Virus record (IMG/VR): IMGVR_UViG_3300009430_000001
Span: 1 to 64,000 of that record
Direction: 5' to 3' (one strand)
Origin: a virus
DNA: 64,000 nt
Of the stretch, positions 54,751 through 62,748 are shown one piece after another. Every line of letters starts with the position of its first letter. Within the stretch, counting starts at the first letter, position 1. The position numbers were made by a program, and so were the translations under genes. A model generated the notes under the pieces. That model was not told the DNA's origin and searched no databases. It saw only the letters and a program-made list of their open reading frames with translations.

Positions 54751-54924
54751 TTAGATATTGGAATTGATGGCGATCAATTCTTCGCATTCTTGATGAATGC
54801 GATCAAGGATTTCCATAAGATCTGGATCTTGATCCATCTCCCATGCAATCCAGAAATGATTGCGGGAATCCTGTTCAAAGGATTCAAGGGCGGCCTGAGC
54901 GGCCTCGGAGTATGGAGCATCCAT
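54751..54924 (-). CDS. Small acidic protein (57 aa, below cutoff)
   Basis: MDAPYSEAAQAALESFEQD..; TGATG coupling. Confidence 0.55.
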   Translation of the reverse strand: MDAPYSEAAQAALESFEQDSRNHFWIAWEMDQDPDLMEILDRIHQECEELIAINSNI

Positions 54925-55127
54925 CAGAGGAGCTCCAGGACGATTTCATCTATGGCGTCCTGAAGGGAGGCGCCAGCCTTCATGCGGGAATCGACATCCC
55001 GAGCCACGTGGCCCAGGTTGTCATAGCCCATCATGAAGACGGATGAAAGAGGCTGATACGCCTCAATGGCCAGCGCGATGCGCTGGAGATGGAGCGGCGC
55101 GGCGCTCCAGGAAGGATTGAGAGCCAT
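54924..55127 (-). CDS. Hypothetical protein
   Basis: ATG 25 nt after the hairpin. Confidence 0.6.
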   Translation of the reverse strand: MALNPSWSAAPLHLQRIALAIEAYQPLSSVFMMGYDNLGHVARDVDSRMKAGASLQDAIDEIVLELL

Positions 55128-55179
55128 GGCTCTATTGAAGGACACTGATGAAAGGCCCCCGTGGAGGGGCCTTGTGGGG

Positions 55180-55416
55180 CTAGCCGTAGTTGGCTGGGAG
55201 TTCAACGTCTTTGGCGAGGATCTCGTGGAAGAGATCGTCGGCCTGAGGTGTGAACTCAGTGCCTTCACGGCGTTGATCGAGCACTTGCTCGAAGGTGAGT
55301 GGGGAGTCGCACGGCATGAGTGGTGCCGTGCGGATGATGGGAACGTCCCACATGTCGTGGAGCGATCCCATGGAGTCCTCCATGGTGTAGGAGGACATGA
55401 AGAATTGAGCTTGCAT
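55180..55416 (-). CDS. Hypothetical acidic protein
   Basis: ATG 28 nt after the hairpin. Confidence 0.6.
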   Translation of the reverse strand: MQAQFFMSSYTMEDSMGSLHDMWDVPIIRTAPLMPCDSPLTFEQVLDQRREGTEFTPQADDLFHEILAKDVELPANYG

Positions 55417-55478
55417 GATGCTGCGCTCGAGGGACAGTAAACAAAGCCCCCCGTGGAGGGGGCCTTGTGGCGATGGAG

Positions 55479-55652
55479 CTACTCGAGCTCTGCAAGCCAC
55501 ATGGATTCCATGTGATGGCCAATGAGCATTGCCGCAGCATAGTCAGGGTCTGTGCTGGGCGGAATGTCAGTGTTGTGGCGAAGTCTTGCACGCTCGATTG
55601 CTTGATTGAGTGAGTTGATCATCCATGAGTGATCAACGAGTGAGATTGTCAT
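55479..55652 (-). CDS. Small hypothetical protein
   Basis: ATG 29 nt after the hairpin. Confidence 0.55.
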   Translation of the reverse strand: MTISLVDHSWMINSLNQAIERARLRHNTDIPPSTDPDYAAAMLIGHHMESMWLAELE

Positions 55653-55849
55653 TGCTGATGCAATTGAAGGACACTGATTAAAGGCCCCCGCGGAGGCCAA
55701 TGCCGGCTCCAGAGAGGGTTTGCCGGCCAACTCCTGCGCCTGAAATTGCCTCCAGGGGGCAAAGTGTAATGACCGGGGGTAATTGTGAGACTGCTTGCTA
55801 TACTAGCCGTCGCAGTTTGATATACCCCCGGGGTGTAAGTGTGGGACTT

Positions 55850-55866
55850 CCGCATTGTGTCTAAGT
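55850..55866 (-). repeat. 17-bp motif, copy 5 (inverted)
   Basis: CCGCATTGTGTCTAAGT on + strand; extends to 21-bp identity with 35411..35431. Confidence 0.85.
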
Positions 55867-56301
55867 CTAGCCAAAGCGAAAGATCCCTGTGGTACCAACG
55901 GGTCTGGGGCCTGTGGGTATAGCTGAATAGCTGGATGCATGGCTGTATGTCGACATGCGCCGCTGGTCGCGGCAGCAGTCGTATTGAATGTGGAGATGGG
56001 CTGATGGATGGGTGAGATCCCTTGCAGCGACTGGGATCTCGAGGAATATGCGCCCGGTGCCGCACCGTCTGGGCGGTATGCGGCGGGGCTTATGAAGGCT
56101 TACGTGCGTTTGCTGTAGATGTGCACAGGGGGGCACTAGCAGCCGAGGTAGCACGTGACGCTTATGAGGACGCATGCACGTGAGCTGCAGATGCACACGG
56201 GGGCATTGGCAGCTGATGATGCGCATGGAGCTGATGCAGCATTGGTATGCTGATGATTCATTTGCTTTCATGCGAGCGGAAGCGAGCATGGGGAGCAAAT
56301 G

Positions 56302-56326
56302 AAAAAAGAGTCCCCGTAGGGACTCT
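56302..56326 (-). terminator. Intrinsic terminator
   Basis: AGAGTCCC-TACG-GGGACTCT-TTTTT. Confidence 0.75.
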
Positions 56327-56332
56327 GGTGCA

Positions 56333-56596
56333 CTACTTGGCGTAGATGCAGACGCGGGCATTGCCCGCCTTAGATTTGATGACCTTTCCGAAGGCGTCAG
56401 GCGCCTCCTCGTCTGGCCCGAAGCCAGACAGGACGTGCACGCCGATGAGGGAAGCCAAGAACTCTTCGGCCTTGACTTCAGACCCGAGGGCCTGAGCAAG
56501 CCTGGCCTTGAACTTCTTGGTGAAGCCCAAGTTACCAAGCCAAAGTACGTCCTTGGTGTCGGTGGAGGCGTTGGCCTGAGTGGTGGCGTTAGCCAT
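56333..56596 (-). CDS. Hypothetical protein, first gene of the minus-strand early array
   Basis: Strong codon bias; hairpin 29 nt upstream, terminator downstream. Confidence 0.7.
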   Translation of the reverse strand: MANATTQANASTDTKDVLWLGNLGFTKKFKARLAQALGSEVKAEEFLASLIGVHVLSGFGPDEEAPDAFGKVIKSKAGNARVCIYAK

Positions 56597-56840
56597 GTGT
56601 CGCTACTGCGAACTACAGCAATCAAAGGTCCCCGTGGAGGGACACATGATTCTGTAGTGGTATGTGTAGCTTTGGTATGTGTGTCCTGATTTAGGGGTAG
56701 GTGGGGTTTTTTATGCAGGGCCCCCGTTGGAGGGCTAGGGAGGGGCGTGTCTCGATTATGTTTTTAACGATTTTCCGCGCGCGTATAGCGGCTAGTTGGC
56801 TTGTACTAGCTGTGTACCCTGAGGCGGTCGCATGCTGCTG

Positions 56841-56969
56841 ATGGCAAAGTCACCAACGATCGCCGGCAAGATCGTCATCGTCTCGAAGCCGAAGAAGACC
56901 ACGCAGGGCCAGGGCCAGCACAGCCGGCCGCGGAACGGGCGGAAGAAAATGCGGGGGCAGGGGCGGTGA
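56841..56969 (+). CDS. Small basic phage protein (42 aa, below cutoff)
   Basis: KPKKTTQGQGQHSRP..GRKKMRGQGR pattern recalled from aquatic phages; TACCCTGAG 26 nt upstream. Confidence 0.7.
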   Translation: MAKSPTIAGKIVIVSKPKKTTQGQGQHSRPRNGRKKMRGQGR

Positions 56970-57688
56970 AGCCGCGCTATCAAGCCATTCATTTGCCACC
57001 TGGGCGCCCAAAAGAGCGCAATGAGGCCTGGCGGGTAATGGAGACCCTCGGCTCGATGGAAGCGTGGGGAAAAGACGATCCAAGAACTGATCGCATCTTC
57101 ACGCTTCTTGGTCATGGCGGTGAGCTCAATGAAGATCGCCTCCTTGACCCAACTCATGCGCCGCGGCTTGAGGTGCAGGATCTCGAGCTTCTGGCTGATG
57201 CGCATGATGAGATTGTTCGCGCAGACCCTGCATTACGCGAGGAGATGGAGTTCATCCCTCGGATTCTTGCCAGAGCCACAGAGCCTCGCGATCTACCCTC
57301 TTCATCAAGTGACGAGGCGCAGCCGGGCAACATGAGGCAGTGGAAGCGAAGCGGCAAGCAGCCTTCATGGGCGGCCGGTGTCGCGGATGACGTCCTCGGC
57401 GGGGAGGCGCCGCCAGCGCCAGACAAGGAGGTCACGCCGCCCGATCCTCAGGTGCGGCAGCCGGCCGAGCGGAGCAACCCCACCGGGCAGGAGACGCCGC
57501 AGACGAACCTGAAGACGAAGAAGGATGCCGAGGAGGCCTGGGACTGGGGTCGATTCGCCGGGGATGCCCTGCCCTGGCTTGCGGCCGCAGGTGGCGGCGC
57601 CGTGGGTGGCGCAGCGCTCATGCACTTGCTCTCGAGGCCGGCTGTCGCGGCTCCGGCCATTGCTCAACCTGGAGCGGAGAACTACTGA
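56966..57688 (+). CDS. Hypothetical protein with C-terminal Gly-zipper
   Basis: GTGA coupling; WLAAAGGGAVGGAAL. Confidence 0.65.
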   Translation: MKPRYQAIHLPPGRPKERNEAWRVMETLGSMEAWGKDDPRTDRIFTLLGHGGELNEDRLLDPTHAPRLEVQDLELLADAHDEIVRADPALREEMEFIPRILARATEPRDLPSSSSDEAQPGNMRQWKRSGKQPSWAAGVADDVLGGEAPPAPDKEVTPPDPQVRQPAERSNPTGQETPQTNLKTKKDAEEAWDWGRFAGDALPWLAAAGGGAVGGAALMHLLSRPAVAAPAIAQPGAENY

Positions 57689-57918
57689 TGCCGATCACAC
57701 GATTTGCTGGAGAGAAGCTTCGGAGCAAGGTCGAGAACGGCCCGTCTGACATCACGAATCCAATGGAGCCACTGCGGGAGAGGATTCTCAATGCGGCTGC
57801 TCTCTTGACTTCCTTGGGTGAGAGGAATCCCGTTGGAGCCGTTTGGGCTGGCATTAACGCTGGAAAAGCGGGTGCTGTCACGCTCGATGACGCTCGCAGA
57901 AACGGCTGGATGCAGTGA
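57688..57918 (+). CDS. Hypothetical protein
   Basis: TGATG coupling. Confidence 0.55.
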   Translation: MPITRFAGEKLRSKVENGPSDITNPMEPLRERILNAAALLTSLGERNPVGAVWAGINAGKAGAVTLDDARRNGWMQ

Positions 57919-57926
57919 TTTTCCAC

Positions 57927-57943
57927 ACTTAGACACAACGCGG
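57927..57943 (+). repeat. 17-bp motif, copy 6 (ACTTAGACACAACGCGG)
   Basis: Ends 4 nt before the ATG at 57948. Confidence 0.85.
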
Positions 57944-57947
57944 AACC

Positions 57948-58202
57948 ATGGCACTTCGAAAAGCGGGCGACAAGCTGCGAGAGCACGCTGAAAAGAGCAA
58001 AAAGCCGGTTGTGCCCAAAGATGCACCGATGACGCATGGCGGCAAAGGCGGGACGAAGGGCACGTTCACGGCTGCTGCATCACGTCACGACATGGGCGTG
58101 CAGGAGTTTGCGAGCCAAGTCAAAGCACATCCGGAAAATTACAGCCCGGCGATGCGCAAAAAGGCGAATTTCGCCGCAAATGCCGCAAAATGGAAGCATT
58201 GA
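57948..58202 (+). CDS. Small basic protein with KG.FT...ANFA.NA.KWKH domain
   Basis: KGTFTAAASRHDMGVQEFASQV......YSPAMRKKANFAANAAKWKH. Confidence 0.7.
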   Translation: MALRKAGDKLREHAEKSKKPVVPKDAPMTHGGKGGTKGTFTAAASRHDMGVQEFASQVKAHPENYSPAMRKKANFAANAAKWKH

Positions 58203-58249
58203 TCGCCTGAATTCAGCGCCTACCCTGGTCGTAGGCATGGATTCCTAGC

Positions 58250-61200
58250 GTGGTTGTACTTGCTCCCACTGATTTCGTCGCATTTTCGCAGGCGATTGGC
58301 ACTGATTACGCCGCCAGTGATGAGGAAAAGGCCCGCATCGCGCCGATCGTGGCGCAATGGAAGGCCGAAGTGGCGTCTCAGCAGCGCGAGGACCGCGGGC
58401 CCAACGCTCTCGGCGGCGTCCTGGCCGGCGCGGGGATCCTCGGGGCCGGTCTTGGTGGGGCCTGGCTGGCGCGCCAGCTCAAGAAGCAGGGCGTCAGGCC
58501 CGAGATCGCCGAGCAGACCGCGGCTGCGGTGGCCGCCAAGGGCTCGCCCCCCCCGGCATCGGGCGGTGCGCCACCGGCTTCGGTTGTGGCGTCACCTGCG
58601 ACGCGGGGCCTGGATCGGGTTACCCGGCAAGGCGGCGGGATCTCCCGGGCGCGCGGCGAGTACGACCCCGCCAGCTTGATCCAAAATCCAAAGCTGGGTC
58701 CGCAGATCATGCAGGCCGACACGCCAGAGAAGCGATCGGCACTCGTTCAGGACCTGGCCGCCGCTGGTGACTCCCGGGCCGAGCGTGTTCAACGTTTGCT
58801 CGAGGTTGGCGAGCAGGATTGGCCGACTGAAACGGCTGGGGTGGGCCGGGAGTCGGGCCAGCCTTTCGAGGTCACCTACCAGTCGGCGGCTGGAGCGCTC
58901 GCCGGGATCGGCGGTCGGCAGCGTTACGGCAGCACCACCTATGGTGAGACCGAGGCCGATGCTATGGCTGCGGGCTTCAATGCGCCTACATTGGGTCAGA
59001 CGCGGCGCACCGGTGCTGGCATGTATCAGCCTGGGTATTACGAGCCAGAGGAGCAGTACGGGGCGAACATCGAGCTTTCAAATGGCAAGCTCTTAATGCG
59101 CAGTAACGGCAAGGGAGGCCAGACGCCGGTGCGCTTTGGAGAGCAAAATGCTGCTTTGAACTTTTACAAGGCCGAGAAGCGGCCAATTGCGAAAAGTGAT
59201 CTTGTCGCGGCCGAAGATCCGGAGCGCGACGAAAAGGTTCGTGGTTATATTGATCGTGAAGATGCGACTACTGCAGGAATGATTGAGTCGCTGCCAGCGA
59301 CATCGAAGCAGTGGCCTCGTACTGGCTATGTGGATACATCTGCGGCTCGCATTCCAATTACGCCGCCTGAGCGCGTTCTCAATGTTGATGCGCTGGGCTT
59401 GGCCGGTGAACTTCCTATTGATCAAATGTCAATGTATGATATTTACGAACATCAGGCAAATCCCTCGCTTGCAAATCCTTCGTTGACGCAGGGGCAAAAG
59501 TATTTGGTTTTGAAGCCGGAATGGCAAAGTAGGATCGACGCATTGGCAGATAATCTCGAGCCTGGTCGGCCGTATCCGTATAAGTTCAATCAGCCTGAGG
59601 AGCCATGGTCATATCAGGCAAATAAGGGCTACACGATTGGCAGTGAGGCTGTTCCAGGTGGCAAGGGCGCGCGTCGTCAGGTCTTTCGTAGAGAGACTTA
59701 CACGGAGTACGATCCCAATTTGGTTCGCGAGATTCCGATTTATGATAAAGAGGGTAATATCACTCGCATGGAGCGTGTTGTCGGCGGTTTTGGTCCAACG
59801 AGGGAGACGGTTGCTGATCGCGATATTGAATTGCCAACTCTCGAAAGAGTTCCGATTGATGCAAGCGCCTATCGCGGCAAGACGTCGCTTGAGACGGCTG
59901 GAGCCGAGGGAGAGCCGGTGGATTACAGCATTAATCGGTGGCAGGATCGCATTGTTCCGCGCGATGACGATTTTACGTCTTCGTTGCTTGATTATGCCGC
60001 CAAAGCGCATCGGCATGTTCAGGCCCTTCGCGCACAGGCCCAGGTCCTTGAATTTTCCGACCCTAGAGGGGCAAAGCAGCTTTTAAGGGAAGCTGGCGTC
60101 GCGGAACAGGCGGTGATCACTGTTCAGCGCAAGATAGAGGATCTACGCTATCAGACAGCCGAACAGGAGGGTCGAATTAAATCGGTCAACGCGAGTTTCG
60201 CGCAGGGTCCTTACATTCTCAAGGAGTTTGGCGAATCTGGCATGCGTGCTGGCGCACGCTTGAGAGTTGCTGCCAAGGATCACTTGTCGCGCACGGGAAA
60301 GCCGTTGACGCAGCGGCAAGAGATGGATCTGGCCACTGATCTGGCGGTGCAGCACAACACGGATCTTTTCACGGTGTTGCGTGCTTCTCGTCTTGGCACC
60401 GTGACGCAACCGGAACGCTTGGATGCTGGTGGCGGAAGACTGACAGATCCTCAGGAGCGTCAGCGCGGTGGCGATGTCGTGGGCCTTCGCCAGTTCAAAG
60501 AGTCTGGTGCTATTGTTGGAACCGCTAAGCCGATTGGCGGTAAAGAGCCAGATTTTCTTGAGCGCGTGTATGAAGTGCTCGAGCTGCAACCGCGGCTTGG
60601 CCGTTCCGCTGAGCGCAATGCGGCGTTGGAGGGCAAGGCAAGGGAGTTGGCTGACTCCTTTCAGAACCAGATTCCGGAGCTCGGTAAACTGCTCAAGCTT
60701 GGTGGTGTTTCTGAGCAGGAAAAGGTTAGCCTTGTCTTTGAGGCGATTTCGATGGCTGCCAAAGACTATCACAAGGCGATCAAGGTATTTCCGGAGCTTG
60801 GCGCAAAGGCCTATGCGGGCGGGCCTGGCACGCACTTCTTTGAGGCTTTCATGAAGACCTACGTGCGCAAGGCTGCAAATTTGATGGGTATTGAGTTATC
60901 CGGTGGCCAGGGCACACAGGCATCATTGATGACGCTTGCCGCCGGCACCAGTGAACGCTTGATTAACAAGGCGCGTCGCGAGGGGGTTTCGCCTCGTGTT
61001 GTGTTAGATGAGGTGATTGCTGGCGCTGAATCGCCGGCCGAGGCTTTCGAGCGTCTCGATGCGCGTATCAGCAATGTGCAGAAGACGGAAGCGGCGGATG
61101 ACCCGAATACCAATGGATCGTTGCTGGCTGAAAAGCTTTGGCAGTTGCCAAGCAGTGAGATTGGTGATACTGCTGCGGGCCAGTTGAAGCAGCGCCTGGC

Positions 61201-62392
61201 GGCACGCTCTTCCGGCACCGGAGGTCGCTTGGGGCCCAGCCGTTTTCCCGTGGCGATCAAGCTGGCGACCACGTTGCCAGATGAAAGCATGTTCCCGGGC
61301 CGTCGGTCTTCTCAGGAGGTGGATGCGGTGCGTCGTCAGGGGATCACGGGAACTTATAGATCATCGCAGGATGATTCCGTGATCGCCGAGGGAACATTCA
61401 AGCGGAATAAGCAGGAGACGTTGCTGGATCGCGCTCGTGACCCTGAAGCACGTCGCTTTGGCTCCAATGCAGAATTGAACTCAGAGTTCAAGGCGCTGGA
61501 GACTGAAAAACAGTTGCTGCTCAAAAAAGACAAGGAATCGCCTCGCTTGAAGGAGATTGGCGATTTGCAGCAGGGTTTGATTGATGAACAGCGTGAGATT
61601 GACGAGCATCGCTTTGTGATTGAGCAAGCAATTGGCCGCTTCAATACGGAGTCGATGTCAAGCGGTCGTGTTGTGGGTCCTGGGCATGTCATCATCAACT
61701 CTGGCGTTGGGGTTCGCATTGAGCCGGATCTGCGTGCAGCGCCACGCTCGATGGAGGCGCAACCGCAAAGGGGGGAGATCAGTGATTCGGCCGAGACAGC
61801 TGAAGATGCGCTGGATATGCGTGACGTGGCCGCAGATCGCGATGTGGCTCGTGATTATTTGGCGGACGCTCTTTCGAGAGGCGTGGATGTTGACGTTGAG
61901 GTCCTTGGTGAGGGTGCCGAGCGGGATGCTGATGCGCTGAGCGCTCCGCGCCGCCCGGAGGTGACACTGACAGATGCAGAGGTGCGTGATATTCAGGCTC
62001 GTGGAGGGCAAGGCATTGCGCCTCGTCAGCGAGAAGGCGAGCCGATGCGAATCGACGAGCGACAGGTGGCTCATGTTCTTGACCTTGTCCGTAGGGCGAA
62101 ACCTACCCTGATCAGAGCGAGGAAGTCGTCCGTGCCGGAGATCGCACCGCAAGAGCGAGAGCGCGCTGAGTTTGGCCGCAAGGTTGACTTTTTCATCAAC
62201 AATCCGCAGAGCAAGCAGATCGGCTACAAGGACCTCGAGAGTGGCGCCTTCCGTCCGATGGCGCCGCTTTCGGATGCGGCAATCCGGGCCAGCATGGCGG
62301 CGGAGGGCTCCAGGCGCGCCAGGCGAGAGGAGCTCATTCAGCAGGTGCTCAGTGACGTGGCCCTGCGTCGTCGCATGGGGGTTCGGGGCTGA
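58250..62392 (+). CDS. Large (1380 aa) probable internal virion/ejection protein
   Basis: N-terminal Gly-zipper helix, charged helical body, no enzyme motif recognised; TACCCTGG 29 nt upstream. Confidence 0.6.
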   Translation: MVVLAPTDFVAFSQAIGTDYAASDEEKARIAPIVAQWKAEVASQQREDRGPNALGGVLAGAGILGAGLGGAWLARQLKKQGVRPEIAEQTAAAVAAKGSPPPASGGAPPASVVASPATRGLDRVTRQGGGISRARGEYDPASLIQNPKLGPQIMQADTPEKRSALVQDLAAAGDSRAERVQRLLEVGEQDWPTETAGVGRESGQPFEVTYQSAAGALAGIGGRQRYGSTTYGETEADAMAAGFNAPTLGQTRRTGAGMYQPGYYEPEEQYGANIELSNGKLLMRSNGKGGQTPVRFGEQNAALNFYKAEKRPIAKSDLVAAEDPERDEKVRGYIDREDATTAGMIESLPATSKQWPRTGYVDTSAARIPITPPERVLNVDALGLAGELPIDQMSMYDIYEHQANPSLANPSLTQGQKYLVLKPEWQSRIDALADNLEPGRPYPYKFNQPEEPWSYQANKGYTIGSEAVPGGKGARRQVFRRETYTEYDPNLVREIPIYDKEGNITRMERVVGGFGPTRETVADRDIELPTLERVPIDASAYRGKTSLETAGAEGEPVDYSINRWQDRIVPRDDDFTSSLLDYAAKAHRHVQALRAQAQVLEFSDPRGAKQLLREAGVAEQAVITVQRKIEDLRYQTAEQEGRIKSVNASFAQGPYILKEFGESGMRAGARLRVAAKDHLSRTGKPLTQRQEMDLATDLAVQHNTDLFTVLRASRLGTVTQPERLDAGGGRLTDPQERQRGGDVVGLRQFKESGAIVGTAKPIGGKEPDFLERVYEVLELQPRLGRSAERNAALEGKARELADSFQNQIPELGKLLKLGGVSEQEKVSLVFEAISMAAKDYHKAIKVFPELGAKAYAGGPGTHFFEAFMKTYVRKAANLMGIELSGGQGTQASLMTLAAGTSERLINKARREGVSPRVVLDEVIAGAESPAEAFERLDARISNVQKTEAADDPNTNGSLLAEKLWQLPSSEIGDTAAGQLKQRLAARSSGTGGRLGPSRFPVAIKLATTLPDESMFPGRRSSQEVDAVRRQGITGTYRSSQDDSVIAEGTFKRNKQETLLDRARDPEARRFGSNAELNSEFKALETEKQLLLKKDKESPRLKEIGDLQQGLIDEQREIDEHRFVIEQAIGRFNTESMSSGRVVGPGHVIINSGVGVRIEPDLRAAPRSMEAQPQRGEISDSAETAEDALDMRDVAADRDVARDYLADALSRGVDVDVEVLGEGAERDADALSAPRRPEVTLTDAEVRDIQARGGQGIAPRQREGEPMRIDERQVAHVLDLVRRAKPTLIRARKSSVPEIAPQERERAEFGRKVDFFINNPQSKQIGYKDLESGAFRPMAPLSDAAIRASMAAEGSRRARREELIQQVLSDVALRRRMGVRG

Positions 62393-62748
62393 TGGCATTT
62401 CGCAACCAGGCTCTGCCAGCCCAGATCCGCTCCGGGAACGACAGCCGCCTCAGGCAGCTGGGCCAGCCGCCTGCCGGGTTCAGCCAGGGCGCCGCGGCCC
62501 GGGCGAAGGTGGCCGCCGGCAAGTTCAGCGAGGGGGATCCCGGGGCCGATGCCGCTGCGCCGTGGTTCGTCGGCATGCAGCCGTTCAGCCAGATCCGGGC
62601 GGCGAACCAGAACGTGTTCAATGACTGGGACGATCGATTCACCAACGCCACCGACATCGGCTTCCGGTTCCGGCCGCCACCGCCTGAACCCGAGCCGGCA
62701 CCGGTCGAGGGCGGCTCGAGCTCTGGTGGCGAGGAGGTGAAGGGCTGA
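62392..62748 (+). CDS. Hypothetical protein
   Basis: TGATG coupling. Confidence 0.6.
   Translation: MAFRNQALPAQIRSGNDSRLRQLGQPPAGFSQGAAARAKVAAGKFSEGDPGADAAAPWFVGMQPFSQIRAANQNVFNDWDDRFTNATDIGFRFRPPPPEPEPAPVEGGSSSGGEEVKG

Larger units (their letters stand above)
36854..56736 (-). repeat. Dispersed hairpin family; + strand consensus AAGGCCCCC-GNGGA-GGG(G)(G)CC, upstream of minus-strand genes
   Basis: Copies at 36854-36878, 41130-41149, 47858-47878, 48743-48763, 49267-49286, 49793-49813, 51587-51604, 54498-54519, 55152-55173, 55443-55466, 55681-55698, 56625-56643, 56717-56736; loop variants at 40502-40526, 48455-48484, 54721-54746. Confidence 0.9.
1109..58228. promoter_or_regulatory. Dispersed TACCCTG(A/G) -10-like box upstream of gene starts
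   Basis: + strand: 1109, 3772, 9917, 19453, 52076, 56815, 58221 (variant CACCCTGAG at 11565); - strand: 24304, 32378, 34628 (variant TACCCTCG at 11545); all but the 11565 variant lie 26-31 nt from the start codon. Confidence 0.65.

Noticed and set aside
35415-57943. CRISPR array or classical integron interpretation of the repeats
   Set aside because: Repeats are separated by whole genes rather than 30-40 nt spacers; no cas operon, tyrosine integrase or attC RYYYAAC/GTTRRRY ends seen
58250-62392. Virion RNA polymerase or tape-measure call for the 1380-aa protein
   Set aside because: No DFDGD or T7-type polymerase motifs and no tape-measure repeat pattern recognised; left as unknown
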